Below are positions 1 to 9,325 of a DNA stretch of 32,000 bases, piece after piece (the first letter of the stretch is position 1; every line of letters starts with the position of its first letter). Made by a program: the position numbers and the translations under genes. This DNA comes from Methanococcus maripaludis (lineage in GTDB: Archaea > AGJL01 > Methanococci > Methanococcales > Methanococcaceae), in assembly GCF_002945325.1 (NCBI RefSeq), contig NZ_CP026606.1, positions 300,001 to 332,000 of the forward strand, in the 5' to 3' direction. The notes below the pieces were generated by a model. The model was given only the letters and a program-made list of their open reading frames with translations. It was not told the origin of the DNA and made no database searches.

Positions 1-47
1 TTAAAAAACAGAAGATTACTTAAAAATTAAAAAATTAAAAAGAGGAA

Positions 48-737
48 TTATTCTTGTGTTTCAGCAGCAGCAGCAGCAGCAGCTTCTACTACTTCCTCAG
101 CAGCAGCTTCTTCCACAGGTGCTTCAGCAGCTTTTCCAAATTCTATAACTTCGGATTTGAAGATTTCTACTCTTTTTAATGGGAACATTTTTTTACAGTC
201 GCCGTAGATTTTTGAACCTAATCCGCCCATTAACATAGCGTGTACGAATTCAGCAAATGGAGTTTCTTTTGCCATGTCTTTGATTATTTGTTCCATTCTA
301 ACTCTAATTTCTGTTTTGTGGTGGTCTCTTGCTCTTACAGCTGTTAAAACTAATGCTTTAACTCTTACTTTGAAACCATCTTTTGTTCTTACTTCAACGA
401 TTGCGTTGATTTTGCTTCTTCTTCTTCTTCTAACTTGTGATTTTAAGTATTCTCTTGTTGTGTCGTGACCTACAAACTGTGATGTAGCGTTGTTTCCACT
501 TACGCCATCAACTTTGAAATACATTCTTGTCATGTGTTTTGAATGTTCGTTTGTCAAGTCTCTTAAGCTGATTTCTGAAATCCTGCCGATCAAGTTTGCA
601 GGGTCGTTTGCTGGAGTTTGTCCAATTACGTCTCCACCGAATGATTGTGGTGTGTAAATATCATACCATACTTTGGATTTCCATGTATCTTTGGCCACTC
701 TTTTTCCTTTAGCGGACCTAGCTTTCATTCTTGCCAT
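48..737 (-). CDS. rps3ae: 30S ribosomal protein S3Ae (eS1)
   Basis: 229-aa ORF with ATG start. The sequence (KGKRVAKDTWKSKVWYDIYTP, RRRRRSK basic patch) is recognisably archaeal S3Ae/eS1. There is a 12-nt gap to the co-oriented upstream gene and an unusual Ala/Glu-rich C-terminal tail. Confidence 0.9.
   Translation of the reverse strand: MARMKARSAKGKRVAKDTWKSKVWYDIYTPQSFGGDVIGQTPANDPANLIGRISEISLRDLTNEHSKHMTRMYFKVDGVSGNNATSQFVGHDTTREYLKSQVRRRRRSKINAIVEVRTKDGFKVRVKALVLTAVRARDHHKTEIRVRMEQIIKDMAKETPFAEFVHAMLMGGLGSKIYGDCKKMFPLKRVEIFKSEVIEFGKAAEAPVEEAAAEEVVEAAAAAAAETQE
62..82. repeat. (CAG)7 trinucleotide microsatellite, read as GCT = Ala7 on the minus strand
   Basis: Seven perfect CAG units at 62-82, plus three more at 98-106. 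They lie inside the 3' end of rps3ae and encode the AAAAAAA / AAAEE tail. Confidence 0.95.
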
Positions 738-749
738 TGTTACACCTCA

Positions 750-1358
750 TTATAACATATATTCGGTTAAATCTGTGTAATCTCTAAGTGGTTTTACAGG
801 TTCACCGTATATTCTTTTGATTTTACGGGCTAATTCCCTTGAAAAATTTCCTTTTTCTGTTTTTATCTGTTTTATTCTGAAGAAATCTCGTCCTGCACGA
901 TATATCTTCTTTTCTTCGAATACATAATCTTGTGGAACAAGTATATTGAATGAATATGTACTTTCTCTCGAATTTATAGATATGCCAACTTTTTTAGGAA
1001 CATCTATTGATCTTGCCCATATCATCTTTAAATCTTGTGCAGCGGATGAAGAAACTCTTCTTGAATCTTCAGTTTCTAAAGCAGTAATTTCAACAGATTC
1101 GTCAAACGCCAAGATTACATCTTCAACTTTCAAAATCTCATCTGTCGCAATTTGAAGTACAGATTGTTCTGATTCGTCGTATCTGCTTATCACTATTTTA
1201 ATATCTTTTAATTTGAAATTTTTTTCTATATCGTGTACAGTTCCACATTCCTGACACTTTACAGTAATTTTCAAATGTTTTTTCGATTCTTTTTCTTTTA
1301 ATACAGTGTGGAGAGTTACTTCATCGCAACCCGGGCATTCGAGATACAAATCTTCCAT
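750..1358 (-). CDS. Zinc-ribbon protein of unknown function (archaeal COG1326-like Zn-finger protein)
   Basis: 202-aa ORF with an N-terminal C4 zinc ribbon, CPGC-x23-CQEC. It is packed between rps2 (29-nt gap) and rps3ae (12-nt gap) on the same strand. The family name is from memory and unverified. Confidence 0.6.
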   Translation of the reverse strand: MEDLYLECPGCDEVTLHTVLKEKESKKHLKITVKCQECGTVHDIEKNFKLKDIKIVISRYDESEQSVLQIATDEILKVEDVILAFDESVEITALETEDSRRVSSSAAQDLKMIWARSIDVPKKVGISINSRESTYSFNILVPQDYVFEEKKIYRAGRDFFRIKQIKTEKGNFSRELARKIKRIYGEPVKPLRDYTDLTEYML

Positions 1359-1387
1359 TTAAACCACATAAATCTTTTTAAGAAGAA

Positions 1388-2050
1388 TTATCTTCTTCTT
1401 CTATGGAACCTTCCTCTTTGTCTGTTTGAAGGGTTCATTTTTACTTTAACATTCATTGCTTTTTCGAGGAACTGGTCGTATGAGAATGGAGCTTCTTCAC
1501 CAATAAGTCCTCTGTTTTTCATGTATTCTCTTGCAATAAGGTAGTACATTAATGATACTGATTTTCTACCTTTGTTGTTCGTAGGGATGATGAAATCGAT
1601 GTGTGCTGTTAAGTGTTCTGTATCACACATACCAATAACAGGGATTCCGATTTCGATTGCTTCTTTTAATGCTTGTTTGTCAACCCTAGGGTCGCTCAAA
1701 AATAAAACTTCTGGTTCAGCGAATTTTCTAGCTGAAGGGTTTGTTAATGTACCTGGAACGAACCTTCCAGCTACCGTGTTTATTCCTGTAACTTTTCCGA
1801 ATTCTTTTAAAGGACCTACTGAGTAAACTCTTCTTGTAACAGCCATGATGTCTTCAGGCTCATAGTTTGATAAGAATTTAGCAGCGAGTCTTAACCTTTC
1901 ATCAGTCTTTCTAACGTCTAAAACATATAATCCGTCAGCCCTAACCCTGTAGATAAATCTTCTCATATCTTCAGTTTTTTGCTGAGTACCGATGTGTATC
2001 CCAGACGCCAAATAGGTGTCTAAGGTTGTCAATAGATTTTCATCTGACAT
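1388..2050 (-). CDS. rps2: 30S ribosomal protein S2 (uS2)
   Basis: 220-aa [29 protein letters not shown] and IPVIGMCDT are typical uS2 blocks. GGAGGAAGAA precedes the ATG on the minus strand. Confidence 0.92.
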   Translation of the reverse strand: MSDENLLTTLDTYLASGIHIGTQQKTEDMRRFIYRVRADGLYVLDVRKTDERLRLAAKFLSNYEPEDIMAVTRRVYSVGPLKEFGKVTGINTVAGRFVPGTLTNPSARKFAEPEVLFLSDPRVDKQALKEAIEIGIPVIGMCDTEHLTAHIDFIIPTNNKGRKSVSLMYYLIAREYMKNRGLIGEEAPFSYDQFLEKAMNVKVKMNPSNRQRGRFHRRRR

Positions 2051-2417
2051 TTTTCTTCCTCCAAAAAAGTGGTTTCTTGACTTTGATAAAATAAAGCCTT
2101 TTGCGGTATATTTTTTTATGTGTATTTGTGTTTTAGTCTTTCAAATTCAAAAATTGACTATTAGAAAAATTTAAACAGTATATGAATATGTAATTTACTA
2201 TATATACTTTTCTAAAAAACGGAAATTGACCCCATTTACATACTTTTGAAATAATATTTTTTTAATTATTAAAAAAGTTTTAAATAAAGTTAGCTCCTTA
2301 AGTGATAATTCGAACTAGATTTTAAAAACCTTGATGTTCATATATTATGAATTATTTTATAATTAAAATGAATATAATATTGCATTATCTCTGATATCGA
2401 TTATATTGGTGGAACAG

Positions 2418-4043
2418 ATGGAATTTGCACTTATAGCAGGTGTTCTTGGTGGGCTCGCATTATTCATTTACGGTATGAATTTAATGGGTAACGGGCTTCA
2501 AAAAGTCGCAGGAGATGGATTAAAGCGACTTATCGAAGTTTTAACTAAAAATAAATATCTTGGAGTGTTAGTTGGAACTGTTGTAACGATGCTAATCCAA
2601 AGCAGTAGTGCAACAACAGTTATGGTTGTTGGTTTCGTAAATGCATCCTTGATGAACCTTACTCAAGCCATTGGGGTGATTATGGGTGCAAACATTGGGA
2701 CAACAGTTACTGCACAGCTTGTTGCATTCAAATTAACAGACATTGCCCCGCTAATTGTTGCAATTGGGGTGATTATGCAGCTTGTCTCAAAAAAACGAAA
2801 ACACTCAGATATTGCTGAAGTTTTAATTGGTTTTGGTATTTTATTTATTGGAATGCACACAATGTCAAGCGTATTAAAACCACTTGCAGCTGAACCATTC
2901 TTTACAAATCTGTTAATGGATCTTGAAAACCCAGTTCTTGGATTATTCGTAGGTCTTGGAATGACGCTTATGATTCAAAGCAGTAGTGCAACAATTGGAC
3001 TTTTGATTGCTGTAGCATCAACAGGTGCATTAAGCCTTGCTGTTGCATTTCCAATATTATTTGGTGACAACATCGGAACTTGTGTGACAGCCCTTCTTTC
3101 AAGTATTGGTGCAAACAGGACTGCAAAAAGAGCAGCTCTCATGCACTTGATATTCAATATTACAGGTGCATTAATATTCATGGTTTTGATTTACACAACA
3201 CCGTTAATTCCATGGATTCAAAGTTTAAGCGCAGGTAGTGTTGAAAGGCAGATTGCAAATGCACACACGATATTCAACGTTACAAACACGCTTATAATGC
3301 TCCCATTTGCAGGATTTTTCGTTTATGCAGTTGAAAAATTAATACCGATAAAAGACTACGAAAAAGAATTTATGCCCATAAAACATCTTGATTCAAGAAT
3401 TATTATGGAAACACCATCCATTGCTGTTGGTCTTGGGGTAAAAGAAGTCGTGGAAATGGGAAAATTTGTACGTGAAAACTTAAGACTCTCAAAAGAGGCC
3501 CTTGTAAATAAAAATGTCCAGAGTATCAAAGAAGTGCACGAAAAAGAAAAAATAATCGATACAATGGCTCACGAAATTACAAATCACTTAATTGAACTTT
3601 CGAACCAAGAAATTTCGGATAGTCAAAAATTAAAAATTACAAGCCTTATAAGTAACGTTACAAGCCTCGAAAGGATTGGCGACCTTGCAGAAGACATTGT
3701 AGAACATGCTGAAAATGTAATTGAAGACAATATCGAATTTACAAACACTGCAGTTGATGAACTCAATTTCATGTTTGATAAAGTAATAGTTTCGATAGAC
3801 ACTGCAATAGAAGCTTTTGAAACTGAAGATGAAGTACTGGTCGAAAAAGTAACATTCCTTGAAGATGAAGTCGACAACCTTGAAAAAACATTTAGAAAAC
3901 AGCACATAAAAAGATTAAACGCTAAAGAATGTGCCCCAAAAGCAAGTATTGTATTTTTGGACATTATTGGATATCTTGAAAGGATATCTGACCACGCTGT
4001 AAAAATTGCAACAGGCCTTGAAGAAGAAGAGTTTGATGCATAA
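2418..4043 (+). CDS. Na+/phosphate cotransporter family protein with C-terminal PhoU-like domain
   Basis: The ORF track starts at TTG 2406; I prefer ATG 2418, which is preceded by GGTGGA (2408-2413). There are two QSSSAT repeats (MLIQSSSATT, MIQSSSATIG) in a multi-TM N-terminal half. PhoU-like motifs (ERIGDLAEDI, ERISDHAVKIA) occur in the C-terminal half. Confidence 0.85.
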   Translation: MEFALIAGVLGGLALFIYGMNLMGNGLQKVAGDGLKRLIEVLTKNKYLGVLVGTVVTMLIQSSSATTVMVVGFVNASLMNLTQAIGVIMGANIGTTVTAQLVAFKLTDIAPLIVAIGVIMQLVSKKRKHSDIAEVLIGFGILFIGMHTMSSVLKPLAAEPFFTNLLMDLENPVLGLFVGLGMTLMIQSSSATIGLLIAVASTGALSLAVAFPILFGDNIGTCVTALLSSIGANRTAKRAALMHLIFNITGALIFMVLIYTTPLIPWIQSLSAGSVERQIANAHTIFNVTNTLIMLPFAGFFVYAVEKLIPIKDYEKEFMPIKHLDSRIIMETPSIAVGLGVKEVVEMGKFVRENLRLSKEALVNKNVQSIKEVHEKEKIIDTMAHEITNHLIELSNQEISDSQKLKITSLISNVTSLERIGDLAEDIVEHAENVIEDNIEFTNTAVDELNFMFDKVIVSIDTAIEAFETEDEVLVEKVTFLEDEVDNLEKTFRKQHIKRLNAKECAPKASIVFLDIIGYLERISDHAVKIATGLEEEEFDA

Positions 4044-4105
4044 AAAATTTTAATTTTTAATTTTTTAAAAACAGAAACAAAACAATTATAATAAAAAATC
4101 TATTT

Positions 4106-4603
4106 TTAAAGTTCATTTAAATCTTTACAAATGCAAAATTCACATATCGAAAGTTCATTTGATTGTGCATTTTTTATCGGACAGTAATAATTTCCATTTT
4201 TTTCGATTATCTGCTTTCCACCAGGAAATCTTGTAGTTAAAGCGTGTAGTGGTCGTTCATTTATAAAAATTAAGTAATTTATAACTGTTTTTACAAGTTT
4301 TTCGTAAGATTCTCGTCCAGTTTGTTTAGAACCCATACTGCAAAGTCTTAAATCAACCCGTTTTATTTCTTCATCTTCAATTTCAAAATCTTCAATTTCT
4401 TCTTCGGTTTTATTTTTTATTTCTTTCAAAACTTCGGGGAAAAATGTAAAAAAGTCTTCAATATATCCTTTTTTATAATCTTGTGGCAAATAAGTCATAT
4501 CTTTTTCTAAATAGACTTTTGCATTCATTAAATCAAAAATACTTACATCGTAAGATTCTTCTTTGAGTTTAGAAAAAAATTTTCTGCTTTTCATAAGTTT
4601 CAC
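4106..4603 (-). CDS. Conserved hypothetical protein, possibly methanogen UPF0305/DUF2115 family
   Basis: 165-aa ORF starting at GTG 4603 or ATG 4594. It has an acidic central stretch (EEEIEDFEIEDEE) and a C-terminal Cys cluster (CPIK...CEFCIC). The family call is from memory only. Confidence 0.45.
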   Translation of the reverse strand: MKLMKSRKFFSKLKEESYDVSIFDLMNAKVYLEKDMTYLPQDYKKGYIEDFFTFFPEVLKEIKNKTEEEIEDFEIEDEEIKRVDLRLCSMGSKQTGRESYEKLVKTVINYLIFINERPLHALTTRFPGGKQIIEKNGNYYCPIKNAQSNELSICEFCICKDLNEL

Positions 4604-4637
4604 AAAAATATTGGATTATTAAGTAAATATTATCTAA

Positions 4638-5198
4638 TTATCCAAATAGACTTTCAACACCAAAACAGATCATTGCAACGATTACTCCGCCAAGAACCAT
4701 TTTTAGCCCCGAAATTAAAAGATTATCTCTTGAGAGCTTTCCAATGAAAATTCCAAGTCCTAAAAGTATCAATAAAGTAAATGCTATTGCCATTATTAAA
4801 GCAGTGCTCTGTTCAAATATAAAAAACGGAATTACGGGAATTACCGCACCAACACAGGTTGATAAACCATCATAGGTCCCACTGTACATCGTTTTATTTA
4901 ATTTGTACTGGTATTCATGAGTTCCTTTTAAATTCCCGTTACCAATTAACAGGCTTTTTTCCTTTTTTTCCCGTTCTTCTTCAATTATTGCACGTTCTGC
5001 AGTTAATGCACCAAGTATATTTGATATACCGTTTGCAATTCCACCGCCGATTCCTGCTGCAATAATTATCGAGGTTTCCCCACCACTTGCACCGATAACT
5101 ACCCCAAGTGTCGAAAGCGAACCATCGATCAAACCCCTCACAACATATCTTGTATCAAATTCCTGCTTGAAATTTCTTAAAACTTCTTTAATTTCCAC
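4638..5198 (-). CDS. VIT1/CCC1-family (DUF125) putative Fe/Mn transporter
   Basis: 186-aa ORF with a GTG start and GGGGA upstream. Gly-rich TM helices (DGSLSTLGVVIGASGG, AAGIGGGIANGISN) and a charged loop (EEEREKKEKS) are followed by further TM helices. Confidence 0.65.
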   Translation of the reverse strand: MEIKEVLRNFKQEFDTRYVVRGLIDGSLSTLGVVIGASGGETSIIIAAGIGGGIANGISNILGALTAERAIIEEEREKKEKSLLIGNGNLKGTHEYQYKLNKTMYSGTYDGLSTCVGAVIPVIPFFIFEQSTALIMAIAFTLLILLGLGIFIGKLSRDNLLISGLKMVLGGVIVAMICFGVESLFG

Positions 5199-5225
5199 TA
5201 AAAATCCCCTTTTTAATTTTGAGAG

Positions 5226-6845
5226 TTACTCTAATTTATCATCGGCCACGTGCCATATCAAATTATCGAGAATACTAACTTCTACAATATTGTCTGCTTT
5301 TTTAATTAATTTATCACAATCCTTGCTCAAATTAAGAAGGTGCAATTGCTTTCCATGCTGAGTATATTTCTCTGCAACCGTATTTATTGCTTCAATTGCG
5401 GAATGATCATAAACCCTTGATTTATTAAAGTCTATAACCACATCAATTGGGTCATTTTCATAATCAAATAGGTCTTTGAATTTTGATGTTGATGCAAAAA
5501 ACAAAGGGCCGTGAAGCATGTATACTTTTTTGTTCTTCATAGATTTTGTACTTGCCCATACATCTTTTCCTCGATCCCATGCAAAAACAAGTGCTGCTAA
5601 TATAATTCCCAAAAATACCGCTGTTGCAAGGTCTAATACAACAGTCATGATTGAAACAACTGCAATAATTACTGCATCGGAAAGTGGTATTTTTTTCAAA
5701 ATTCTAAAGCTAGACCACTCGAAAGTGCCAATTACAACGATAAACATGACTCCAACAAGTGCTGCAAGCGGAATCATTTCAATTATCGGAGCGCCCCATA
5801 CAATAAATACCAGCAATAGTACTGCAGCAGAAGCTCCTGAAAGCCTGCCTCGTCCACCGCCCCGAATATTTATCATGCTTTGGCCGATCATTGCACAGCC
5901 ACCCATTCCGCCAAAAAATCCGTTTAAGATGTTTGCAATACCCTGACCAATACATTCCTTATTACTTCTACCGCGAGTTTCGGTTAATTCATCAATTAAT
6001 CTTAAAGTCATTAATGATTCGATTAATCCAACACATGCTGCTAAGAATGAATAGGGAAGAACCGTTTTAATTGTATCCCAATTTAACGGAACATTTGGCA
6101 AAGCAAAGGAGGGCATTGAAACTGCGAGCGTTGTTTTTAGAGGTTCTATTGATTTTATAAAATCAAGAACTGTTAAAACTGTGTATCCTGCATTATTTAA
6201 GAAATACGAAATTATCGTTACAGTAATTATTGCCACAAGCGTTGCGGGAACTGCACGTGTGATTTTTGGCAGGAAAATTGATATAGCCATTGTTATTGCA
6301 ATTAAAACAAGCATTATTGAAAGAATTGGCCAAGGCAGTAAATTTCCATCTGCACCATAAAATTGACCGATTTGTGATAAAAATATTATTATTGCAAGCC
6401 CATTTACAAATCCAAGCATTACCGGGTGCGGAATAAGTCTTACAAACTTACCAACTTTAGATATACCAAAAAATACCTGAAGAATACCCATCAATAAAAC
6501 CGCAATAAAAAGATATCCAAGTGCAGACTCCATTCCACTGGTTTGAACTTTTGATATCACCAATGGGGCAAATATAACTGCAACAGAACCTGTAGCTCCA
6601 CTTATCATTCCAGGACGTCCCCCAAGTAATGCAGTTACAATTCCCATAATAAATGCGGCATAAAGTCCGATTGTAGGATCAATTCCAAGAATAAATGAAA
6701 ATGCAATTGCTTCTGGAACCAGTGCCAGCGCTACGGTTAAGCCGGATAGCACATCATTTTTTACACTTCCATTTTTTGGAATTACCAATTCAACTATTTT
6801 ATTTTTTAAATCCTTAGTTTCATTCGTGTTTATTTTTTCATTCAT
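5226..6845 (-). CDS. SulP-family anion (sulfate/bicarbonate-type) permease with C-terminal STAS domain
   Basis: 539-aa ORF with about 10-12 hydrophobic segments. A SulP-like core (GIANILNGFFGGMGGCAMIGQS) is followed by a STAS-like tail (VYMLHGPLFFASTSKF...IDFNKSRVYDHSAIEAI). Confidence 0.85.
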   Translation of the reverse strand: MNEKINTNETKDLKNKIVELVIPKNGSVKNDVLSGLTVALALVPEAIAFSFILGIDPTIGLYAAFIMGIVTALLGGRPGMISGATGSVAVIFAPLVISKVQTSGMESALGYLFIAVLLMGILQVFFGISKVGKFVRLIPHPVMLGFVNGLAIIIFLSQIGQFYGADGNLLPWPILSIMLVLIAITMAISIFLPKITRAVPATLVAIITVTIISYFLNNAGYTVLTVLDFIKSIEPLKTTLAVSMPSFALPNVPLNWDTIKTVLPYSFLAACVGLIESLMTLRLIDELTETRGRSNKECIGQGIANILNGFFGGMGGCAMIGQSMINIRGGGRGRLSGASAAVLLLVFIVWGAPIIEMIPLAALVGVMFIVVIGTFEWSSFRILKKIPLSDAVIIAVVSIMTVVLDLATAVFLGIILAALVFAWDRGKDVWASTKSMKNKKVYMLHGPLFFASTSKFKDLFDYENDPIDVVIDFNKSRVYDHSAIEAINTVAEKYTQHGKQLHLLNLSKDCDKLIKKADNIVEVSILDNLIWHVADDKLE

Positions 6846-6893
6846 TTTTAAATACCTTATATTTTATTGATTAAACGAATTTTTCGCTTTAAA

Positions 6894-7124
6894 TTATTTT
6901 TTAAGATTTACAATATTTTCTGCAAGTTCGTAATTTACAAAAAAGTCATCGAGTATATTTTTTAAAGATCCAACTGAATTAGATTTAATATTAACTTTAA
7001 TCTGTTCATTATCAAATTTAGTGTCAATTATAAGTCCATCGTCTATATCGTCAACTTTTAAGCTGTCTATAATTTTTTCTTTTGAATCGTAAGTCATTTC
7101 AAAATCTATTTTCATAAAAATCAT
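6894..7124 (-). CDS. Small protein resembling KEOPS subunit Pcc1 (CTAG/Pcc1 family)
   Basis: 76-aa ORF. Its ATG at 7124 overlaps the TGA of the upstream gene as ATGA (7121-7124). By eye, KIDFEMTYDS... and IKVNIKSNSVGSLKNILDDFFVNYELAENIV align with archaeal Pcc1 as I remember it. The call is tentative because the protein is so small. Confidence 0.45.
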   Translation of the reverse strand: MIFMKIDFEMTYDSKEKIIDSLKVDDIDDGLIIDTKFDNEQIKVNIKSNSVGSLKNILDDFFVNYELAENIVNLKK

Positions 7125-7996
7125 TCTTTTAAATTTTTAAAATCGAGCCCTCTTCTTTTAAGCTCTTTATATATTTCTTCAGAAACTTCCGGGCACTCTA
7201 ACGCTTTTTCTGCCTGTTCGCGTGTCATGAGCCCATATCTAATCATTGCAGAAACTCTATCGTATTCAAAACTAAATCCGTGCTTTTTCTTAAATTCAAC
7301 AAGCGCTGGAGCAAGTACTAAACAGTTTGTCGTGTATCCACCAAGATCGGGTTTTTCCCAAGGAATTTCTTTTAATATCTTATATCTATCTTCTTCTGTT
7401 AATTTATATGCAACGAGGAGCCTCAACATATTTATTCCTTTTTTCATCTCCCTTATTGCAGTTGTACCAAATGGAAGTTCGTGTCCCGTCACAATCGTGT
7501 CGATATTCGTCTGTCTTGCAAACTGCCAGAGTTCGTGCATATTCATGTCAGAACATACTCTGCATGGAGATTCTCCTTTGGAAATGGTTTCCTTGAAGAA
7601 TTTCGTAAAATCCTTGTTTATTACAAGCCAGTCTACTCCAAAATATTTTGCAACGTTTTTACAGTTTGTAAGCGCTTCTTCTGCTAAATAGCCGTTATCA
7701 ACAGTTACACATAAAGGCCTAATTCTAAGTTCTTTTACGAGTAAATAAAGAGCAACAACGCTATCTTTTCCGCCAGAAAATCCCAAAATACAGTTGTATT
7801 TGTTATTTCTAATTCTGAGTTCATCTAAATATTCCATTACTTCGTTTTTCATTTCTTCGAAGTTTCTTGGAAATTTTAAGGCGTTTAAGCATTCGATGCA
7901 GATGTTTTTTCCTTCGTGTTTGAACATCGGGCGTGTTTTGCTGTTGTGAAGGCAAATTTCACAGTTTACCGTGTTTTTTCCTTTAATTTTTTCCAT
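7121..7996 (-). CDS. PP-loop (adenine nucleotide alpha-hydrolase) ATPase with N-terminal zinc ribbon
   Basis: 291-aa ORF with the PP-loop motif GFSGGKDS. It has an N-terminal CEIC-x17-CIEC ribbon and later Cys residues (CRVC, TNC). The C-terminal IRYGLMTREQAEKAL resembles N-acetyl-sugar amidotransferase (WbuX-like) or tRNA-thiolase type PP-loop enzymes. The exact subfamily is unresolved. Confidence 0.7.
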   Translation of the reverse strand: MEKIKGKNTVNCEICLHNSKTRPMFKHEGKNICIECLNALKFPRNFEEMKNEVMEYLDELRIRNNKYNCILGFSGGKDSVVALYLLVKELRIRPLCVTVDNGYLAEEALTNCKNVAKYFGVDWLVINKDFTKFFKETISKGESPCRVCSDMNMHELWQFARQTNIDTIVTGHELPFGTTAIREMKKGINMLRLLVAYKLTEEDRYKILKEIPWEKPDLGGYTTNCLVLAPALVEFKKKHGFSFEYDRVSAMIRYGLMTREQAEKALECPEVSEEIYKELKRRGLDFKNLKE

Positions 7997-8200
7997 GATC
8001 TTCTACCAATACTAACTACTTAATTAAATTACTTAAATACATAACTCCAATAAAAATAATTTTACAAAAATTCTTTTTAAAATTTAGAGATTGATTTTCT
8101 TTTTAAAATTATATTCCCAATTAAATCGCAAATGAAATATATTCTTTTTTACAAATGAATATCCATAGTAATTATTATTAAAATTACGAAGGGGTTTAAA

Positions 8201-9325
8201 ATGGGTTTTAAAGAAGATTTACAAAAATTATCCGTACAAGTTGGCGAAAGAAAAGATTATATCAATAATGAAGAAACTACAAAACAGTCATTAATAATTC
8301 CTTTTGTTCAAACACTCGGTTTTGAAGTATTTAATCCCTTGGAAGTACGGCCAGAATATATCGCCGATTTTGGAAAGAAAAAAGGCGAAAAAGTCGATTA
8401 TGCTCTTTTTAAAGATAAAAAACCAGTCATGTTTATTGAAGCTAAATCAGTTACTGAAAATTTAAAAAACCATGATGCACAGCTTTCAAGGTATTTTAAT
8501 GCAGTTCCAGAAGTTAAACTTGCAATTTTAACTAATGGTGTAGATTATAAATTTTTTACAGATTTAAATTCTGAAAATATGATGGATGATAGTCCGTTTT
8601 TAACGTTAAATATCATGGATTTAAAGGATAGTGATTATGAAACCCTTCAAAAATTTAGAAAAGATGAATTCACCAAAGAAGAATTATTAAATCATGCCGA
8701 AGAACTTGTTTACATGTCGGCATTAAGGGGAACCCTCAGAAATTTGTTTAAAAATCCAAATGACGATTTTGTAAGGTTTTTAATAAAAGATGTAAGTGAA
8801 ATAAGAGTTACAAGTGCAGTGATTGAACGTTTTAGACCCCTAGTAAAAAAAGCAATATCTAATACAGTTTTAGATATTGTTTCTACAAGTTTATCTAAAG
8901 ATGAACATTTAGAAGAACCAGAAGTTATTGAACCCGAAATTTTAACTGAAATTCAGGAAACTGAAAATTCACAAAAAAGAGAAGTAATTACGACACAAGA
9001 AGAACTCAGTGCGTATGATAGGGTTGTGCAGATACTTGGGAAATACGGTAAAGATATTTCAGATGTAAATTATAAAGATACAACAATTTACTTTGGAATA
9101 TACCGTAAAAATATAACAAACTGGTTTTTGAGGTTTAATTTAGATTCTCAAACTAAACATATTATTACCAAACTAGAAATGGACGAAGCTAAATTATTGA
9201 GTAATGGTTTCGAAGTTGGACCGCCACAGAAAAGAAATGGCAATAGCAGAATATATTTTAATTCGATAGAAGACCTCGAAAAATTAGAAAATTTAATTGT
9301 AAAATGCTATGACCAATTAAAATAA
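8201..9325 (+). CDS. Stand-alone type I restriction HsdR N-terminal-like (PD-(D/E)xK) domain protein with uncharacterised C-terminal half
   Basis: 374-aa ORF with GGGGT 6 nt before the ATG. The N-terminal ~130 aa follow the HSDR_N pattern: NEETTKQSLIIPFVQTLGF, then VDYALF...PVMFIEAKS (D...ExK), then AQLSRYF...LAILTNGVDYKFF. No helicase, methylase or specificity genes lie nearby. Confidence 0.65.
   Translation: MGFKEDLQKLSVQVGERKDYINNEETTKQSLIIPFVQTLGFEVFNPLEVRPEYIADFGKKKGEKVDYALFKDKKPVMFIEAKSVTENLKNHDAQLSRYFNAVPEVKLAILTNGVDYKFFTDLNSENMMDDSPFLTLNIMDLKDSDYETLQKFRKDEFTKEELLNHAEELVYMSALRGTLRNLFKNPNDDFVRFLIKDVSEIRVTSAVIERFRPLVKKAISNTVLDIVSTSLSKDEHLEEPEVIEPEILTEIQETENSQKREVITTQEELSAYDRVVQILGKYGKDISDVNYKDTTIYFGIYRKNITNWFLRFNLDSQTKHIITKLEMDEAKLLSNGFEVGPPQKRNGNSRIYFNSIEDLEKLENLIVKCYDQLK

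Noticed and set aside
3623-3964. 113-aa and 91-aa minus-strand ORFs antisense to the PhoU-like region of the Na/Pi transporter
   Set aside because: Ser/Thr/Phe-rich low-complexity translations of the antisense of an E/K-rich coding region. There is no support for them.
5518-5946. 142-aa plus-strand ORF antisense to the SulP permease gene
   Set aside because: It lies entirely inside a strongly supported minus-strand gene. It has low-complexity Pro/Ile/Thr-rich composition typical of a shadow frame, no SD and no recognisable family.
7227-7691. 154-aa plus-strand ORF antisense to the PP-loop ATPase gene, with further nested ORFs at 7327-7596 and 7481-7687
   Set aside because: These are shadow frames of a gene with a clear SGGKDS motif on the other strand. 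They have no start context and no family resemblance.
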